Positions 27,289 to 29,222 of a stretch of 29,222 nt of DNA are shown piece by piece; the stretch's first letter is position 1, and the number at the start of each line of letters is the position of its first letter. The stretch lies in assembly GCA_950072105.1 (NCBI GenBank), contig CATMOE010000048.1:1-29222 (forward strand), in the 5' to 3' direction. The position numbers and the translations under genes are program-made. The notes beneath the pieces are model-generated. The model ran no database searches. It was not told where the DNA came from and saw nothing but the letters and a program-made list of their open reading frames with translations. The stretch is from an uncultured Dehalococcoidia bacterium. Lineage in GTDB: Bacteria; Chloroflexota; Dehalococcoidia; Lucifugimonadales; UBA3495.

Positions 27289-27948
27289 ATGACGACTTTC
27301 GACCTGGTGATTTTCGACTGTGACGGAGTTCTGGTAGATACGGAAACTATTAATAACGAAGTCATATCTCAATTGCTCAACGAAGCTGGCCTGGAAATGT
27401 CACCGGACGAAGTTGCCACAAGGACGACTGGTCTTGCCTACTCGGAGATGTGGGAAATGTTCGAGGATGAAGTGCCGGGTTGTTTGCCCGCAGACATTGA
27501 GGAACAACAACTGGCTCGGGAATCGGAGAGATTCCGGAAGGAGTTGCTACCGATGCCCGGTGCGGTTGAGACTGTACGTTGCCTGTCGGATGCCGGAATG
27601 CCGATGTGCGTCGCGTCGAACGGAACAAGGGAAAAGATGGTGGTCACCCTAGAGGTTACCGGTCTCGCCGGATATTTCGGCGACAAGTTTTATGGCGTCG
27701 ATCAAGTCGCCTATGGCAAACCCGCCCCCGATATATATCTGCTGGCGGCCCAGAACATGGGGGTTCCCCCCAGCCGGTGCGTGGTGATAGAAGACAGCTA
27801 TCCGGGCGCTCAAGCAGGTCTTGCGGCGGGCATGACGGTCCTGGGGTATTGCCCCAACAAAGACATCTGGGGGCTGGAAGGCCTGGGTATCCAGACCTTC
27901 AGCGATATGAATAGTCTCCCGGAGTTGCTGGGCTCGAACCAGCGATAG
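27289..27948 (+). CDS. HAD-IA family hydrolase/phosphatase (YieH-like)
   Basis: IFDCDGVLVDTE, VASN, GKPAPDIYL, VIEDS..G..AG.AAGM. Confidence 0.92.
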   Translation: MTTFDLVIFDCDGVLVDTETINNEVISQLLNEAGLEMSPDEVATRTTGLAYSEMWEMFEDEVPGCLPADIEEQQLARESERFRKELLPMPGAVETVRCLSDAGMPMCVASNGTREKMVVTLEVTGLAGYFGDKFYGVDQVAYGKPAPDIYLLAAQNMGVPPSRCVVIEDSYPGAQAGLAAGMTVLGYCPNKDIWGLEGLGIQTFSDMNSLPELLGSNQR

Positions 27949-28091
27949 GCGTGTTCGCCTTGGGATATGGCCGCGCTGACCCGGGACTCCTTAGCTCATG
28001 AGTCCCGCGGCCCACGCAAAATGACGGACTCAGCAGTCGTTCTCTCAAGCACATAGATGGTGACGGGCAGACATCTGCTGCTAACCATTGT

Positions 28092-28132
28092 TGGGGTGCG
28101 GCTTTAGGTTGCCGGCTTCAAGCCGCACCCCA
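28092..28132. repeat. Strong palindrome (REP-like or bidirectional terminator) between convergent genes
   Basis: Perfect 13-bp inverted repeat TGGGGTGCGGCTT / AAGCCGCACCCCA with a 15-nt loop; no U-tract. Confidence 0.6.
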
Positions 28133-28184
28133 GGTAACTGTAGATGGCTGGAGCCGCGATCTTTGGTGCACTAGCTCCAGTCGA

Positions 28185-29129
28185 TTAAATTTTAGAATCG
28201 GCCCATTCAGCGCCGTTCCACCAGGTGTCCCAGAGAGACCCGTCGGTGGCCTGCCAGAAAACATCCATGCGCCCCTCCGCGAATCCGTAAAGGGGAGCAG
28301 GAATGGAGTTCAGCGGCCCGTCGGAAAGTTTCATATCCTCCCATTCGGTGCCGTTCCACCAGGTGTCCCAGAGCGCCCCATCACTGTCCTTCCAGAATAC
28401 GTCCATGCGTCCGGCTGCAAATCCGGTAAGCGGAGCGGGAGGAGAGTCCAGCTTGCCGTCGGAAAGTTTCACATCCGCCCACCCGGAACCGGAGGTCCAC
28501 CAGGAATCCCAGAGAGACCCGTCCGTGTTCATCCAGAACACGTCGGTCCGTCCTTCCGCAAATCCGGAAAGTGGCGCCGGAGGGGAGCCCATCGGGCCAG
28601 CGGAAATTTTTGAATCCTGCCACCCGGGATCGGCGACCCACCAGGAGTCCCAGAGAGCCCCGATGGAGTCAGTCCAGAACACGTCCATCCGTAAGTCCGC
28701 AGCTCCGGTGAGGGGAGCCGGAGTGGATGAGATCTGCCATTGGGAAATTTTGGCATCCGCCCATGCGGTGCCGGTCCAATAGGTGTCCCAGAGATACCCG
28801 TCATCGCCCTTCCAGAACACGTCCATCCGTCCTTCTGTAAATCCGGAAAGAGGAGCGGGAGGAGAGTCCAGCGGCCCAGCGGAAAGTCCCGCAACCGCCC
28901 ACTCAGTGCCGTTCCACCAAGTGTCAGCGAGACTCCCAAATTGTTCGACCCAAAAAACATCGATGCGCCCTGCCGAAAATCCGTAAAGGGGGGCAGGCGG
29001 AGAGTCCATTAAGGGGAGAGAATCCAATCCCAGGTGCCAGGGTGTGTAGTTACAAACCGCAAAACTGGCGGCCTGCATGATACACGGAACGCCCCCGCCG
29101 GGCGCGCAGTTTGCGCAATTTCCGTTGGG
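28185..29129 (-). pseudogene. 3' portion of an interrupted gene: probable metalloprotease C-terminus plus six-bladed lectin-like beta-propeller
   Basis: Frame is open upstream of ATG 29078 (PNGNCANCAPGGGVPCIMQ) up to the putative IS end at 29130; six 46-47-aa repeats SPPAPL.GF..GR.DVFW...G.LWD.WW....W. Confidence 0.75.
28188..29009 (-). repeat. Six intragenic tandem repeats of about 138-141 bp (propeller blades)
   Basis: Recurrent DNA motifs CCAGAA(C/A/T)AC(G/A)TC and TCCCAGAG at about 140-bp period; in-frame protein repeats. Confidence 0.9.
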
Positions 29130-29222
29130 TGAGGTGGTCTGGGAGATTTGAACAGGTAGCTAAGAGAGAGTCCCGCTCCTAGAATTGCAAAGAAGGAGCA
29201 GGACATGAAACAGATACGGAAG
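29130..29222 (+). mobile_element. Probable left end of an IS3-family insertion sequence (truncated by the window end)
   Basis: Begins with 5'-TG (TGAGGTGGTCTGGGAGATTTGAACAGGTAGCTAAG) exactly where the upstream coding sense breaks; TAGAAT -10 at 29180-29185; SD inside a hairpin; ORF starting MKQIRK. Confidence 0.62.
29205..29222 (+). CDS. N-terminus of a putative IS3-family transposase OrfA (MKQIRK...)
   Basis: AAGGAG SD at 29193-29198, ATG 29205; basic N-terminus typical of OrfA; only six codons visible. Confidence 0.5.

Noticed and set aside
28188..29009. CRISPR array or DGR template/variable repeats
   Set aside because: Repeats are about 140-bp degenerate in-frame protein blades with no unique spacers; no cas or reverse transcriptase gene in the window
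29009..29206. 65-aa minus-strand ORF as the frameshifted signal peptide of the propeller gene
   Set aside because: Its 5' half lies in the putative IS end and is antisense to the SD/ATG of the MKQIRK ORF; the IS junction explains the region better

Overview
A GC-rich bacterial chromosomal segment. The gene content (three luciferase-like monooxygenase paralogues, a phosphotriesterase-family protein, a Gfo/Idh/MocA oxidoreductase, a bicupin, an amidase and an M20 hydrolase) suggests a Chloroflexota/Dehalococcoidia (SAR202-like) genome; this is inference only. From left to right: (1) a pentose-phosphate operon, tkt - pgi - HAD hydrolase (frameshifted) - gnd - zwf - nnrE; (2) a SAM methyltransferase, a secreted Ca-binding GGxGxD-repeat protein, a ThDP enzyme with two atypical cofactor motifs, an MFS transporter and a VOC protein; (3) a visibly AT-richer islet of about 1.7 kb carrying a wHTH-HATPase-DUF4325(STAS-like) gene behind an operator-rich promoter, flanked by two apparent gene remnants; (4) a long minus-strand catabolic cluster (M20, bicupin, LLM, small protein, His-rich lipoprotein cytochrome c with an in-frame TAA, Gfo/Idh/MocA, PTE, LLM, TauE/SafE, LLM) and a divergent amidase-HAD pair; (5) a six-repeat lectin-like beta-propeller gene whose upstream part, probably a metalloprotease domain, is cut at position 29130 by what looks like the left end of an IS3-family element in which the window ends. 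No rRNA, tRNA or CRISPR array was seen. The most notable points missing from the ORF track are the IS junction, the continuation of the cytochrome c frame past its stop, the HAD frameshift and the operator architecture of the DUF4325 islet. I found no clearly novel multi-gene system.
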